A stretch of DNA of 64,000 bases, from contig NC_043011.1 of NCBI RefSeq assembly GCF_006345805.1, positions 27,416,464 to 27,480,463 of the forward strand. The letters run 5' to 3'. The notes beneath the pieces were generated by a model. It was given only the letters and a program-made list of their open reading frames with translations, was not told where the DNA came from and searched no databases. The stretch's first letter is position 1. Each line of letters starts with the position of its first letter. This document shows positions 1 to 12,369 of the stretch, one piece after another. Source of the stretch: Octopus sinensis (taxonomy: Eukaryota). Both the position numbers and the translations under genes were made by a program.

Positions 1-905
1 ACACTTTTTTACCAAAAGAAGGAATTTTTCCTCGCGACTACTGCAGTGAATTTGCTTTTTAGTTGTTAAAATATGTCACAAACATATTTTAACTAACCTA
101 AATTTTGTTTATGCTTAAACACTGCTTGGCGCTGATATATATTTGTGTATACATGTATATATGTATGTACGTATGTATGTGTGTGTGTGTGCGGGGGGGG
201 GGCAAGTATGCATATATTGTATTTTGTGGCTTTGTAGATGAAACATAGTGGAAGAGGCAGCTTGATCTTTGTAAATTTAATTCTAGGAGAAACAATTCTC
301 ATCATAGCCCCATCCAAAAGATCGGAAAGTGACCGGCAGGCACATACTAAATGCCTAAGTAACTATTGTTAGACAAAATTAGCAGGCAACACCATTGAAT
401 GCTTCTGCTCATCGTTGAGCGAGATGACAAAAAAATAGTCACCTACATGGTGGTTTGTTGCTCTTCTCATGAACTGTTCTGCGATTCTCAACTAGCTTCT
501 TGGAAAATGCACGATAATCTTCAAAGTATTTCATAACACAGTGCGTCTTGAGTACCACAAAGTACGATATATATGTTTGCGTGTGTGTGTATGTGTGTGT
601 GATGTTACGCTGAAAAATTTCGGATGAAATATTCAAGATTTTGTTAGGGAAAATAGAATATTTCAAAAAGGTATTTTTCTTTATATGCAAATATGAATTA
701 GCGGCTTGCGTTTCGCTGTTGAAAAGACCTTAAAACCGAGAAAGCATTAGTGAAAAATATAAATTCAAGAAAGTAATGAAATAAAAGTAATTTTGCTTGC
801 AACCGTTGATTTCACAGAGAAAATTGCTACCGTATAATTAAAATTGTTTTATCAATAAAGCTTACCGCTTCGTTAGATGGTGGATTTACGTGGCTTTATT
901 ACAAA

Positions 906-1326
906 TACTCTTTACTCTTTACTCTTTTACTTGTTTCAGTCATTTGACTGCGGCCATGCTGGAGCACCGCCTTTAGTCAAGCAAATCGACCCCGGCACTT
1001 ATTCTTTGTAAGCCCAGTACTTATTCTATCGGTCTCTTTTTGCCGAACCGCTAAGTGACGGGGACATAAACACACCAGCATCGGTTGTCAAGCAATGCTA
1101 GGGGGACAAACACAGACACACAAACATATACGCACAAACATATATATATATACATATATACGACAGGCTTCTTTCAGTTTCCGTCTACCAAATCCACTCA
1201 CAAGGCATTGGTCGGCCCGGGGCTATAGCAGGAGACACCTGCCCAAGGTGCCACGCAGTGGGACTGAACCCGGAACCATGTGGTTGGTTAACAAGCTACT
1301 TACCACACAGCCACTCCTGCGCCTAT
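906..1326 (-). mobile_element. tRNA-derived SINE, family 1
   Basis: Minus strand starts GGCGCAGGAGTGGCTGTGTGGTAAGTAGCTT...GGTTCAGTCCCAC (A/B-box-like head), has an internal CA/TA tract and a (AAGAGTA)n-like tail; near-identical copies at 32553, 20824 and 60201. Confidence 0.85.
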
Positions 1327-1522
1327 ACTGTTCCTTTAAGTATTTAATAAAATAATCTGCCAAGCAAATAAAATGTTTGAATAGCAAGTTCTGTTAATTT
1401 ATTTTTCAAAATAATATTGACTCGAAATTTATGATGAACCTTATTTCAGCTTTCCTCTATTTAAGAATACCGACATTCATCGTACCGTACTATTCATCAA
1501 ATTGTTTGGTTATATCGCTTCT

Positions 1523-1940
1523 ATCTTTTATCTTTTAATCTTATATTTTGTTTCAGTGACTGGACTGCGGCCATGCTGTGGCACTGCCTTCAAGAGTTTA
1601 GTCAAATAAACCGGCCTCAGTACTTATTTTTCACTCTGGAACGTATTCTATAATTTATTTTTACTGAAGCGTTAAGCTACGTTGACGTAAACGAACTAAC
1701 ACGGGTTATCAAACGTTGGTGGTATGGCAGAGAGAACAACTACAGCACAAACAATAAGGCACACTCACACACATATATAGTGGGCTTTTAGTTGCCGTCT
1801 ACCAAGCTCACTCCCAAGGTTTAGGTTGACCTAGAGCTATAATAAAAGACACTTGCCCAAGGTGCGATCTAGTGAGACTAAAAGCAAGATCATATGATTT
1901 GGACGAAAGATTTTTAACCACACAACCAAGTCTGCACCTT
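1523..1940 (-). mobile_element. diverged SINE, family 1
   Basis: Colinear but degenerate similarity to 906-1326 (gactgcggccatgctg, cttgcccaaggtg). Confidence 0.6.
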
Positions 1941-2610
1941 TGACGAACTTTATTCTTCTACAATCAAGCGTCCTATGTGTAAGAATTCCGATTTCTTTCT
2001 CGGAACGTTATCACAAGGAATGGGTTAGTCTGTATATTCAAACATTTTCAAGATGTGTGAAGTTTGAAGGAGATCTCACTGCTACTTTGAGCCAGTCGCG
2101 CGATCACTGGAACTCTTTCATTGCAATATTTTGTCGCTTGTAACGTGACATGAAGATATAAACTGAACTGTTATCAGATGCAGCAATGCCACGTACAATG
2201 GACGACCTCACGTCAGACTGTGAAGCATTGTGATGAACTGGATAAAAAAGAATTTTTTCCTGATCATGGATAATACCTTAGCACTCGGCAGAATACGGTA
2301 GCAATGTTGCTATCGATAGTCTTCCGGTATTTCTCTGTATGCATGATTTAGCTACAGAAACATCTGCTGTAGTCTTAATCAGGAATGATAAATTTCATCA
2401 CTATGCCTAAATTTATTTCAAGTACGAAACGAGTAACCAATGTCATGAGTCCTTAAGCTCAAGGAAAAGGAATGGCTAAACAAGTATTTCTGATAAAAAG
2501 CAATATCTATTATTGTTCTATGTCCAGGTTTCGCTTTATTGATTCATATACTCCATCTCCAATTGGTGGCTCACTGCATTTTACAGATTTAAAACACGTT
2601 AGCAAATCAT

Positions 2611-2699
<89 letters not shown>

Positions 2700-3889
2700 T
2701 GTGTGTGTGTGTGTGTGTGTGTATGCAATATCTAGTTCCACAGCATTGACTGATTCGAGATTTAAGCCAACGTGAGAGCCTCTACGTAAGTTGTTCGAAA
2801 TACTAGAAGTAGCACTCAAACCGCCTTCAGATCACAGGCCATTTCATAAAGGAAGAAATCATTGGACAGTATAGTCCTAGTTACATTGTATTGGAAATAG
2901 AATGGTAAAATAATCACGGATGAAACGTTATTGATCTGAGGTCTGTTCAATCACTATTGAACCCATTGTTAAAGAACAAAAGTCCAATTAGTTCAAGTGT
3001 TTTAAAGTAATTTTGTTATCTCTGCTGAAAATGGTCGAGACGTGTATTTTGTGTTTGATATACTTCTAAAGATTATTCAGCATATTCCGAAAATTTCATC
3101 TATTGTAATTTATCTTAACTTAAAGCAGAGCTAAATAGTAACAACAAAAATATAACGACAACAGCCGCACCAATAACTCTGCCATCAATACAACAGCAAC
3201 AACGGCAAAGCTCATCTGATTAGGCTCAATCTAAAAACTTTAAAATGACGTGACTTTTCATGATGTTATTAGACACGATAGGCAGGTCTCGGTAATCTTT
3301 AGAAGAGATAACATAATAAAAGTATTTTAAAAATTTGCATGATCTCTATTACGTTTTTACCATTATTTTATCAAAATTAGGTTGCCATGAGTCAATGAAA
3401 TATCGATTATTACCATTTCTGCAATGAAGTATTACGAGAATATTTCTTAACACAGTTGTATTTTACCCTTTTTGTTTATGTTCTTTCCTCTTGTAATAAA
3501 TAATATCATGTTGTAATTTTTCTCAAACATCCCAATTGCAGAACCTTCGTCAATTGTAAATCATTACCAGCAATATCAATAATTTGATATAAAGCTGAAA
3601 GAGTAAATATAAAAATATTTCAAACTGGTTTTTTCCCCCTTTATCACCAGGGAACTTGATCATATTCAATTAAATATATCATGGAAGTATAATTTAAGAA
3701 GTATATAATTATAGAAGTATATTTTATGAGAGAATATACTTAATTTGCTAAACAAGAAATAATATCTAAATTCAAAAAACTTTAATATGTTTTGATAACA
3801 ACTCGAATATTGAAGTATTTTGTTCTTCCCATATAATGAATAATTGAAAATTATAAACAAGTGACATCTCAAAGCTATAATGCGACTTG

Positions 3890-4077
3890 CTAGAAAATTC
3901 TCCACAAAAAGAGTGCAAGATGACGACCTTGGAAACCATAGCTTATCCATTCTGCAGAGGAATCATAAGATACGAAAATCTTTTTAGAACCTGAATATTT
4001 AAAGCCAATAGTGTGCTCAATTTCGCTTCCAATGGTTACTATTGACTCCATGTCCATACTATACTTCCTTTCTACAA
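3890..4077 (-). CDS. possible host exon, weakly CUB-domain-like
   Basis: Open frame VERKYSMDMESIVTIGSEIEHTIGFKYSGSKKIFVSYDSSAEWISYGFQG after a pyrimidine-rich acceptor (ccttctttcag); resemblance to the CUB C-terminal pattern by eye only; no clear donor. Confidence 0.2.
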
Positions 4078-4357
4078 CTGAAAGAAGGACTTTCATATAA
4101 TGAAAGAACCTCTATTTGGTAGTTAATACTCTTAGAAATAGAAACCAAATTTCCTCAAATCACATCCAATTGCCTTTAGTGGCGTTTACTCTGTTGCATT
4201 TATTCAGGTAAAGTTTCAGTTTCGAGGTAACATCCTTTTCCCCACCATTCTCAGAAGCACCCCCCCACCCAGAGTAAAGGTTTATTGAATGTTGGCTTTA
4301 CTTTTTATTACTTGATTAAAGATATTCTAAGTTGGAATCGAGGTTATGGTTTGGAGG

Positions 4358-4960
4358 TTAAACAGTAACACGCGAAAGAGGATTCTCAATTTCGAATAGG
4401 ATTAAGACAAAATACATGTGGGATATGAATATATATATAGTGTAATAAATAAAATATATGCATACATACAAACAAATATGTACGTACCTACATCTACATG
4501 TACATATACATGCATATATAAATATATACGTAAGTACAGGACACCACAACTAGACGTAGAACTCAACGAGAAACGAAAACGGAAAAACAATCATGGAACA
4601 AACCATTTTTTTACAACAGAAAAACAGAGTACAAGACAAACTACACAAGAAAAAATTCCCTTCATCAGCTGTCCCTAGCTCGACTCTAGCGTGTTTCGAA
4701 GGTAAGACAGAACACAACTCGTCGAAACTAGCCCTTCCTGCGAGAGAATTAAAATAAAATTACTTCGTAGAGGGGTAAAAACAAGAAAGAAAAAAGAATG
4801 TAACACAAACAGGACGTAAAAACGATACAAATAAAAATACAAAATAAATTACAAGATAAAAATACATGTACAAGAAAATACAATACGAGAAATAAAAATA
4901 AACAAGAAAACAAACGAAAGACCTTTTTCTGGCTTAGACGGAGGAGATTCTGGCAGCGCA
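4358..4960 (-). mobile_element. Penelope pLTR-like non-coding element carrying a permuted hammerhead
   Basis: Strand-biased A-rich segment around the ribozyme motif; boundaries approximate. Confidence 0.35.
4658..4715 (-). ncRNA. non-circularly permuted hammerhead ribozyme candidate
   Basis: GTGT-T-CTGTC..CCTTC-GAA-ACAC..17 nt..GACAG-CTGATGA-A-GGG; stem III ACAC/GTGT, stem I CTGTC/GACAG, weak stem II. Confidence 0.65.
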
Positions 4961-5321
4961 AGGGAAAGCAAATGTGTGTTCACAGTTTGAAGGCCGCATG
5001 TAAAAAGGAAGTAGTTTTGGCTAGCAGTGACAAAGATGAGGAGGAGTGAGAGAGAGAGAGATAGAGAGGAAGACAAGCGGCTGAGAGAGAGATGAGGAAC
5101 AGTGAGAGAGAGAGAGAAGGGAAGGTAAAGCAAAGAGATAAAGAATTTCGCGTCATAATTAATATATAAAACAGTACTTGGAGAAGAAGAAGAACGGAAC
5201 GAAACGAACGAATCGAATCGAATCGACGCGAGGGCGCTAATATATATATATATAATCAAAATAAGCAACAAGAATAACATCGGTAGTTTGGTACGATCGT
5301 TTCACCCTACATATACATTTG

Positions 5322-5387
<66 letters not shown>

Positions 5388-5561
5388 TATATATATAGGT
5401 ATATATATTTAATAATACTCAGATATATATATATATATATGTATAAGTCTCTCTCTCTCTCTCTCTCTATATATAATATATATATATATAATATATATGA
5501 GTATATATATAGGTATATATATATACTCATATATATATATATATATGTATAAGTATATATA

Positions 5562-5609
<48 letters not shown>

Positions 5610-6188
5610 AATATATGTTAAGTATATATATATATATATATATAATTAATTAATAAGTGAGAGAATTAGATACTAATTTAATAGTATATCTATTCTACAC
5701 AATTTAATTCATTAATAGCGAAACAATTGTCCCAAAATAATCTGTATTTTTGTTATTTGTTTATTTGCCCTGTCCGTGTGAGATAACAATCGTATGACTT
5801 TCATGGGAAACATGTATTTTTGTGGTTGAAACTATTGGATTAACTGGTGCTAGAGTGAGCCATATAGTGACCACTCTCTTATATTTATTTTGTAAAAATA
5901 TTATAATATATTATAAAATATTATAATAATCCAGGTTTCTCGGAGCACTAGGCCACTTGGTGTAGAATAGATATACTATTAAATTAGTATCTAATTCTCT
6001 CACCCTTATTAATTAATTATAATTATGCTGCATTTATTTCTAAATGCTGTATTTGTTTTCCGTGAAAATTTGGCGCGCTGTTAGTTGGGGCATTTGATTA
6101 TAACGTCGGATGTAATCAATTGAACCACACGCGTATTTATCGTTATGATAAAATCTGGCGTGTGATTGAGTGGATTTCATCCAGATAG

Positions 6189-6269
6189 TTTTGGCTGAGG
6201 AGCTACAAGTGGATTTTTTTGTAAGTAAAATTACATTTAATTCATTAATAGCGAAACAATTGTCCAAAA
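6189..6269 (+). ncRNA. type I hammerhead ribozyme
   Basis: TTTTGG-CTGAGGA-GCTA..TAGC-GAA-ACAATTGT-C-CAAAA. Confidence 0.8.
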
Positions 6270-6714
6270 TAATCTGTATTTTTGTTATTTTTTATTTGCC
6301 CTGTCGTGTGAGATAACAATCGTACTGACTTCATGGGAAACATGTATTTTTGTGGTTGAAACCTATTGGATTAACTGGTGCTAGAGTGAGCCATATAGTG
6401 ACCACTCTCTATATTTATTTTGTAAAAATATTATAATATTATAAAATATTATAATAATCCAGGTTTCTCGGAGCACTAGGCCACTTGGTGTAGAATAGAT
6501 ATACTATTAAATTAGTATCTAATTCTCTCACCTTATTAATTAATTATAATTATGCTGCATTATTTCTAAATGCTGTATTTGTTTTCGTGAAAATTTGGCG
6601 CGCTGTTAGTTGGGGCATTTGAATTATAACGTCGGATGTAATCAATTGAACCACACGCGTATTTATCGTGATGATAAAATCTGGCGTGTGATTGAGTGGA
6701 TTTCATCCAGATAG

Positions 6715-6795
6715 TTTTGGCTGAGGAGCTACAAGTGGATTTTTTGTAAGTAAAATTACATTTAATTCATTAATAGCGAAACAATTGTCCCAAAA
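6715..6795 (+). ncRNA. type I hammerhead ribozyme
   Basis: TTTTGG-CTGAGGA-GCTA..TAGC-GAA-ACAATTGT-C-CCAAAA; stem I 6 bp, stem II 4 bp, palindromic stem III. Confidence 0.85.
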
Positions 6796-7251
6796 TAATC
6801 TGTATTTTTGTTATTTTTTATTTGCCCTGTCCGTGTGAGATAACAATCGTACTGACTTTCATGGGAAACATGTATTTTTGTGGTTGAAACCTATTGGATT
6901 AACTGGTGCTAGAGTGAGCCATATAGTGACCACTCTCTTATATTTATTTTGTAAAAATATTATAATATATTATAAAATATTATAATAATCCAGGTTTCTC
7001 GGAGCACTAGGCCACTTGGTGTAGAATAGATATACTATTAAATTAGTATCTAATTCTCTCACCCTTATTAATTAATTATAATTATGCTGCATTTATTTCT
7101 AAATGCTGTATTTGTTTTCCGTGAAAATTTGGCGCGCTGTTAGTTGGGGCATTTGAATTATAACGTCGGATGTAATCAATGAACCACACGCGTATTTATC
7201 GGGATGATAAAATCTGGCGTGTGATTGATTGAGTGGATTTCATCCAGATAG

Positions 7252-7331
7252 TTTTGGCTGAGGAGCTACAAGTGGATTTTTTGTAAGTAAAATTACATTT
7301 AATTCATTATAGCGAAACAATTGTCCCAAAA
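7252..7331 (+). ncRNA. type I hammerhead ribozyme
   Basis: Third copy of the same motif, core intact. Confidence 0.85.
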
Positions 7332-7560
7332 TAATCTGTATTTTTGTTATTTTTTATTTGCCCTGTCCGTGTGAGATAACAATCGTACTGACTTTCATGG
7401 GAAACATGTATTTTTGTGGTTGAAACCTATTGGATTAACTGGTGCTAGAGTGAGCCATATAGTGACCACTCTCTTATATTTATTTTATATATATATATAT
7501 ATATATATAAGTATATATATACATATATATATATAAGTATATATATATATATATATGTAT

Positions 7561-8482
7561 ATATTGGCAGGGCTTACTGCTAGGGAGTCGGCCATATGCT
7601 AGAAATAGACCATCAACGGTCAAACTACAAGGAAATTCTCTAGAGGAAAAATACAGCGAACACCAGAACCAATTTTGGCGGGCATGACAGATGAAAATTT
7701 ATATAAAAAACAGAATTAAATGCATACCTCGGTTTCAGCCTTAACAAAAGAATTACTTATGCAATCCATATGTCCGTGCTTCTTCAGTGCATCCGTTCAT
7801 AGTAATGTAAGCGGAAAAGCTAACTCCAGCTTTCGTGCCAGTACAGACACGTGTGTAGCTTTACCGATTACACTAGTGATAAAATTTCAAATGTCGTGGC
7901 TCTGGCGCGCTAATAAATTTCTGAGGCGAAGGGCTGCAGTAAATAATTCACTGCGGTTCGGGCTTAGTACTAGAGAACGTATTTATTTCAATATTTAAAT
8001 AATGAGGGAGATAAATTAATATTAATTTTAATATCAATTTAAAACCAGTAGTCCAGCATACAAAAATCTGAGGAGTCAGAGAAAATTCTAATATATGTGT
8101 ATATTGGCAGGGCTTACTGCTAGGGAGTCGGCCATATGCTAGAAATAGACCATCAACGGTCAAACTACAAGGAAATTCTCTAGATGAAAAATACAGCGAA
8201 CACCAGAACCAATTTTGGCGGGCATGACAGATGAAAATTAATATAAATTTTCATCTGTCATGCCCGCCAAAATTGGTTCTGGTGTTCGCTGTATTTTTCA
8301 TCTAGAGAATTTCCTTGTAGTTTGACCGTTGATGGTCTATTTCTAGCATATGGCCGACTCCCTAGCAGTAAGCCCTGCCAATATACACATATATTAGAAT
8401 TTTCTCTGACTCCTCAGATTTTTGTATGCTGGACTACTGGTTTTAAATTGATATTAAAATTAATATTAATTTATCTCCCTCA

Positions 8483-8489
<7 letters not shown>
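7561..8489 (-). repeat. HHR-bearing 540 bp unit plus partial repeat and ~244 bp-arm palindrome
   Basis: atattggcagggc at 7561 and 8101; 7996-8239 is the reverse complement of 8246-8489; flanked by (TA)n. Confidence 0.9.
7720..7792 (-). ncRNA. type I hammerhead ribozyme
   Basis: Minus: ATGCA-CTGAAGA-AGC..GCT-GAA-ACCGAGGT-A-TGCAT. Confidence 0.8.
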
Positions 8490-8560
<71 letters not shown>

Positions 8561-8587
8561 TGTATGTATATATATATATATATATAT

Positions 8588-9579
8588 GTGCAGCTGCTCA
8601 GGGAGGCAAATTCCGGATGCACTACCGACATAGCTCTACTGTCATCACCCATACGAGTGCCGGTCGAGAAGGGAGTGAAGCAAGGAGATACAGTCTCCCC
8701 AAAACTCTTCACCGCATGTCTCGAACAGATCATCAGAGGCATCGACTGGCAAGGCGGTGTCAACATCGATGGCGAGCTCTTCACTCACCTCCGTTTCATT
8801 GACGACATCGTACTCATCGCTGAAAACGCGGATCAGCTTCAGACTATGCTGACGGAGCTCGACATCTAAAGCTCTGCAGTAGGTCTCAAGATGAACCGCA
8901 TGAAAACGAAGTTCATGCGGTTAGACAACGTACCAACGGGTCGAATGGTGATCGGCAGTGATGAAATAGAGGAGGTAAGGGAATATGTCTTCCTGGGACA
9001 GGAAGTGAATATGTGCCGAGATATCGAAAAGGAGATCTCACGCAGAGTAAGGGCCGGATAGAAGGCGTTTAATGGCATAAGGGATGTGCTCAAGAGAAGT
9101 TTGGACAGGTCCCCCGCGCCAACCTCATTAACAGTGCAGTTCTACCTGCAATGTTATATGGTAGTGAAACATGGGCTACCACAAAGAAAGAAGAGCAGAG
9201 TCTGGTAACGGCTCAAAGAGCCATGGAAAGGTCAATGCTTGGTATCTTGTTGAGAGAACACATCAGTAGCGAGATCATCAGAAAGAAGTCCGCGTGAGAG
9301 ATGTCATCGCAGAGTATACACACAGCAAGAATAGATGGGCTGGACACGTCGCCCAGCTCACCGATAATCGGTGGACCCACGCAGTTGTCGAGTGGTACCC
9401 GCGAGAGCGGAAAAGACCACCTGGAAGGCCTCCACGACGGTGTAGTTACGATTTCAGGAGGACGATTGGGATCACGTGGATGAGAAAGGCGCGATCCAGA
9501 GAGGAGTGGACAGTGTGCTGTGACCAGCGGTGTCAAATGGACGTCTGACGGACTGGTCGGTCAAGGTGATCAAGGTGAT
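8588..9579 (+). mobile_element. 5'-truncated RTE-clade LINE (RT C-terminal half, disrupted)
   Basis: GVKQGDTVSPKLF, LRFIDDIVL, AMLYGSETW, RWAGHVA, KRPPGRP motifs; stop at 8867-8869 and frameshifts; (CAAGGTGAT)2 tail; flanked by (TA)n. Confidence 0.92.
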
Positions 9580-9601
9580 ATGTATATATATATACATATA
9601 A

Positions 9602-9648
<47 letters not shown>

Positions 9649-9671
9649 ATATATAATATATATATATATAT

Positions 9672-9815
9672 ATAAACTAAATTAGAGATAAAACCACTAT
9701 TAGGCAAATCAAACAGTGAAAAACATAAACCAAAACATAGAAATTAAAATTAATTAATATAATATACTAATATATTAAATATAAAATTTAAAATTAAATT
9801 ATTTAAATTTAAAGT
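9672..9815. mobile_element. fragment related to the end of the 12370 element
   Basis: aaattagagataaaaccactatt..tcaaac resembles aaattagagaaaaaccactgtt..tcaaac at 12374; no ribozyme found here. Confidence 0.35.
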
Positions 9816-9904
9816 TAAAAATTTATGTATATATATATATATACATGTATTTATATATATATACATACATATATATATATATATACATGTATGTATAGAT
9901 ATAT

Positions 9905-9935
<31 letters not shown>

Positions 9936-9948
9936 CATATATATATAC

Positions 9949-9991
<43 letters not shown>

Positions 9992-9992
9992 A

Positions 9993-10025
<33 letters not shown>

Positions 10026-11848
10026 ATATATATATAAACGTTAAATAGTAATACCTAAAACAATTACAAGACGGTTGTAACAAGTACCGCTTAAATACTG
10101 AGTTCGATACTTTTAAACGATCCTTAATGTGAATAGAATCATAACAGGGCAATATAATAAAATTTGTGTTCTAGTGATATTTGAATAGAGACAGGTGGGA
10201 TATTATAAACAATTGTTTTTAATTTTGGCACGAGTCAGCTATTTTGACAGTAGTTGGAAAAATCAATTAGTGACCCCAATACTTGACCCGTACTTATTTT
10301 AGCAACCCTATTAAGAACAGAAATCCAAAGTCGACCCCGGTGGAGTTTGATCTCAGAAAGAAATGAGTCGGACTAAATCAAGTTAAGATTTTTACCCAAC
10401 ACTTTTACCATTCTTCCCGATCACTACCACAGGTCATTTTAAATAATGTAAATCATTTTGTCCAGCACTCTGCTGCTACCAGCACCTCCCCCATTATCTC
10501 CCCCGCTTCTTTCTCGAATGCAGATAATAGGAGTTGCATTTTTTTTGCTTTTTCACTAATGTTACTTTTCGCTAATGTTATTTATCTCCTCACAAGCAAA
10601 AAAAAAAATAGAGGAAAAAAAAACTTGTGGTAAGAAAACGTTTATTTGTCTGCTTTTGCATGTAAGCAATACGTGAAAACCAGTTTAAACCTTGCTGAAT
10701 CAATCTTTAGTGCAGTTAGTAATTCAATTCAATCTATGCACGCAAGTGATAATTAACAAACCTTTTAGATCGTTTTGAATTCGGAAACTTATTGCCAGGA
10801 TAGCGGGAAACAAGTGTATAAATGCGTAAAAGTAAACAGTAGTATGAGCGTTCACACATAAACACACATACACACATTTATACGCACACAAAGTTTTGAT
10901 ATCACATGGAAGATTGCAGAGATATAGGAATATTGACAGGTTGTATCTCAGAAACAACTTCTGAGGATGAATTTTAAAATTAGTCCATGCAATCTCCGAA
11001 TGTTGTATGATATCATCAGTATCTGCTAAACAAGGGCAGCAGAAAGCAATTGCATCAACCTAATCCTTGAGTACCAAGGATTGGTAGCAAACCCCTAAAA
11101 AATTACTTACGTTCGTACAACTCCACTACTATAGTATTCCATTAGAATAGAAAAGAAACACTCAGCATAACTAAAAATGTTAATGCATAGGTTCATCTCC
11201 CGTAATTTTGAAAATGAGGCTAAAATTGACATGGAGTGGAGTGTCTCTTAGCCACGTTACATCATTTAACAGTTCGTAGTAAGTCCCTCTAATGATTAAA
11301 AGAGAAAGTGGAACCTTTAAACACTCAGGATGCGAGCAAGAATTCCGCCGATTATGATAGGTTCCTTTGGAAAATATTGCAGTATTGGTCAACAGCTACA
11401 AGAAAAAGTACTGTTTTCCAATGTATCCCGATGCTGCCAGTAAGCCATTAGTTGAACACACGGCTATAGATTACTGCACTAGATTACTGCTAATTAATGC
11501 ATAAATATATAGCAACATGAGGAATATTGATGGACTATTTCCAACAAAACTGCTGAAGCGCAAACGTAGGAGACCTGATAAAATTGTCTAGTAATAATAT
11601 CAATAATCCTCAGATGGAATTCCTGAACATTTAAGGAATCTCTACGCTCGTTTATACACATTTCATGTCATTTAATTTGAGGAAAGGCGCATAGCGATGC
11701 CTTAAATGTTTATAAATGCCATTCAAGGATTATTGTTATTTTTACTATATTTATCCTATATTGGTACAGTTCGATACAAACCTTAAACTGGTTCACCCGT
11801 CAGCATCACTAGACTTTATTTGCATGTTCAAAACGTTTCCCTTGAAGA

Positions 11849-11890
<42 letters not shown>

Positions 11891-12283
11891 AAAATTAATT
11901 TTATATATCATAAAATTAAAAAGTCAATAAAAGAAAATTGAGAAGAAGAATTTATAAAAGATGCTTGTTTCATTTTATTTGTATCACAAATGTAAAGGTA
12001 ATTCAAATTAAAGGATTAAAAATATACATATAAGAACAAGTATTAAAGGAACCACATCAACAAGACAACCCCAAAATTTCCTTTAAAACTCTACATATAT
12101 TTCAATCCAACAATATGTTTAAATGATCAATAATCCTAACATTTTTACCGTTGTGAAAGTAGGATTTTCTACACGTGAAGAATTTCAGTATTTGTTTTGA
12201 ATTCCTCAGTACTCATAGCCTAGAATTCGGGTGAGTGGTTTTCCGGAAATACCATAGGTGTATATTCTGCCAGTATCTTAGCC

Positions 12284-12354
<71 letters not shown>

Positions 12355-12369
12355 CATATGTATAATATA

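Larger units (their letters stand above)
5646..7487 (+). repeat. HHR-bearing tandem array, ~530 bp unit x ~3.35, with a short 5' inverted segment
   Basis: Unit starts at 5703, 6236, 6761 and 7298; 5646-5700 is the reverse complement of ~5958-6017; flanked by (TA)n on both sides. Confidence 0.9.

Noticed and set aside
708-745. TTGAAAA-GACC motif similar to the U3-A8 hammerhead
   Set aside because: Stem II does not close and there is no GAAA/stem III/stem I.
906-1326. tRNA-like sequence at SINE heads
   Set aside because: A/B-box heads of SINEs without a complete cloverleaf; not tRNA genes.
1960-2480. Possible ancient RT relic on the minus strand (QFITMLH-like)
   Set aside because: Only one weak motif; cannot be supported by eye.
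7948-8633. Duplicated ORF MTVDGLFLAYGR on both strands
   Set aside because: A consequence of the palindrome; no recognisable protein motif.
12185-12215. Minus-strand CTGAGGA..GAAA
   Set aside because: Stems II and III do not pair.
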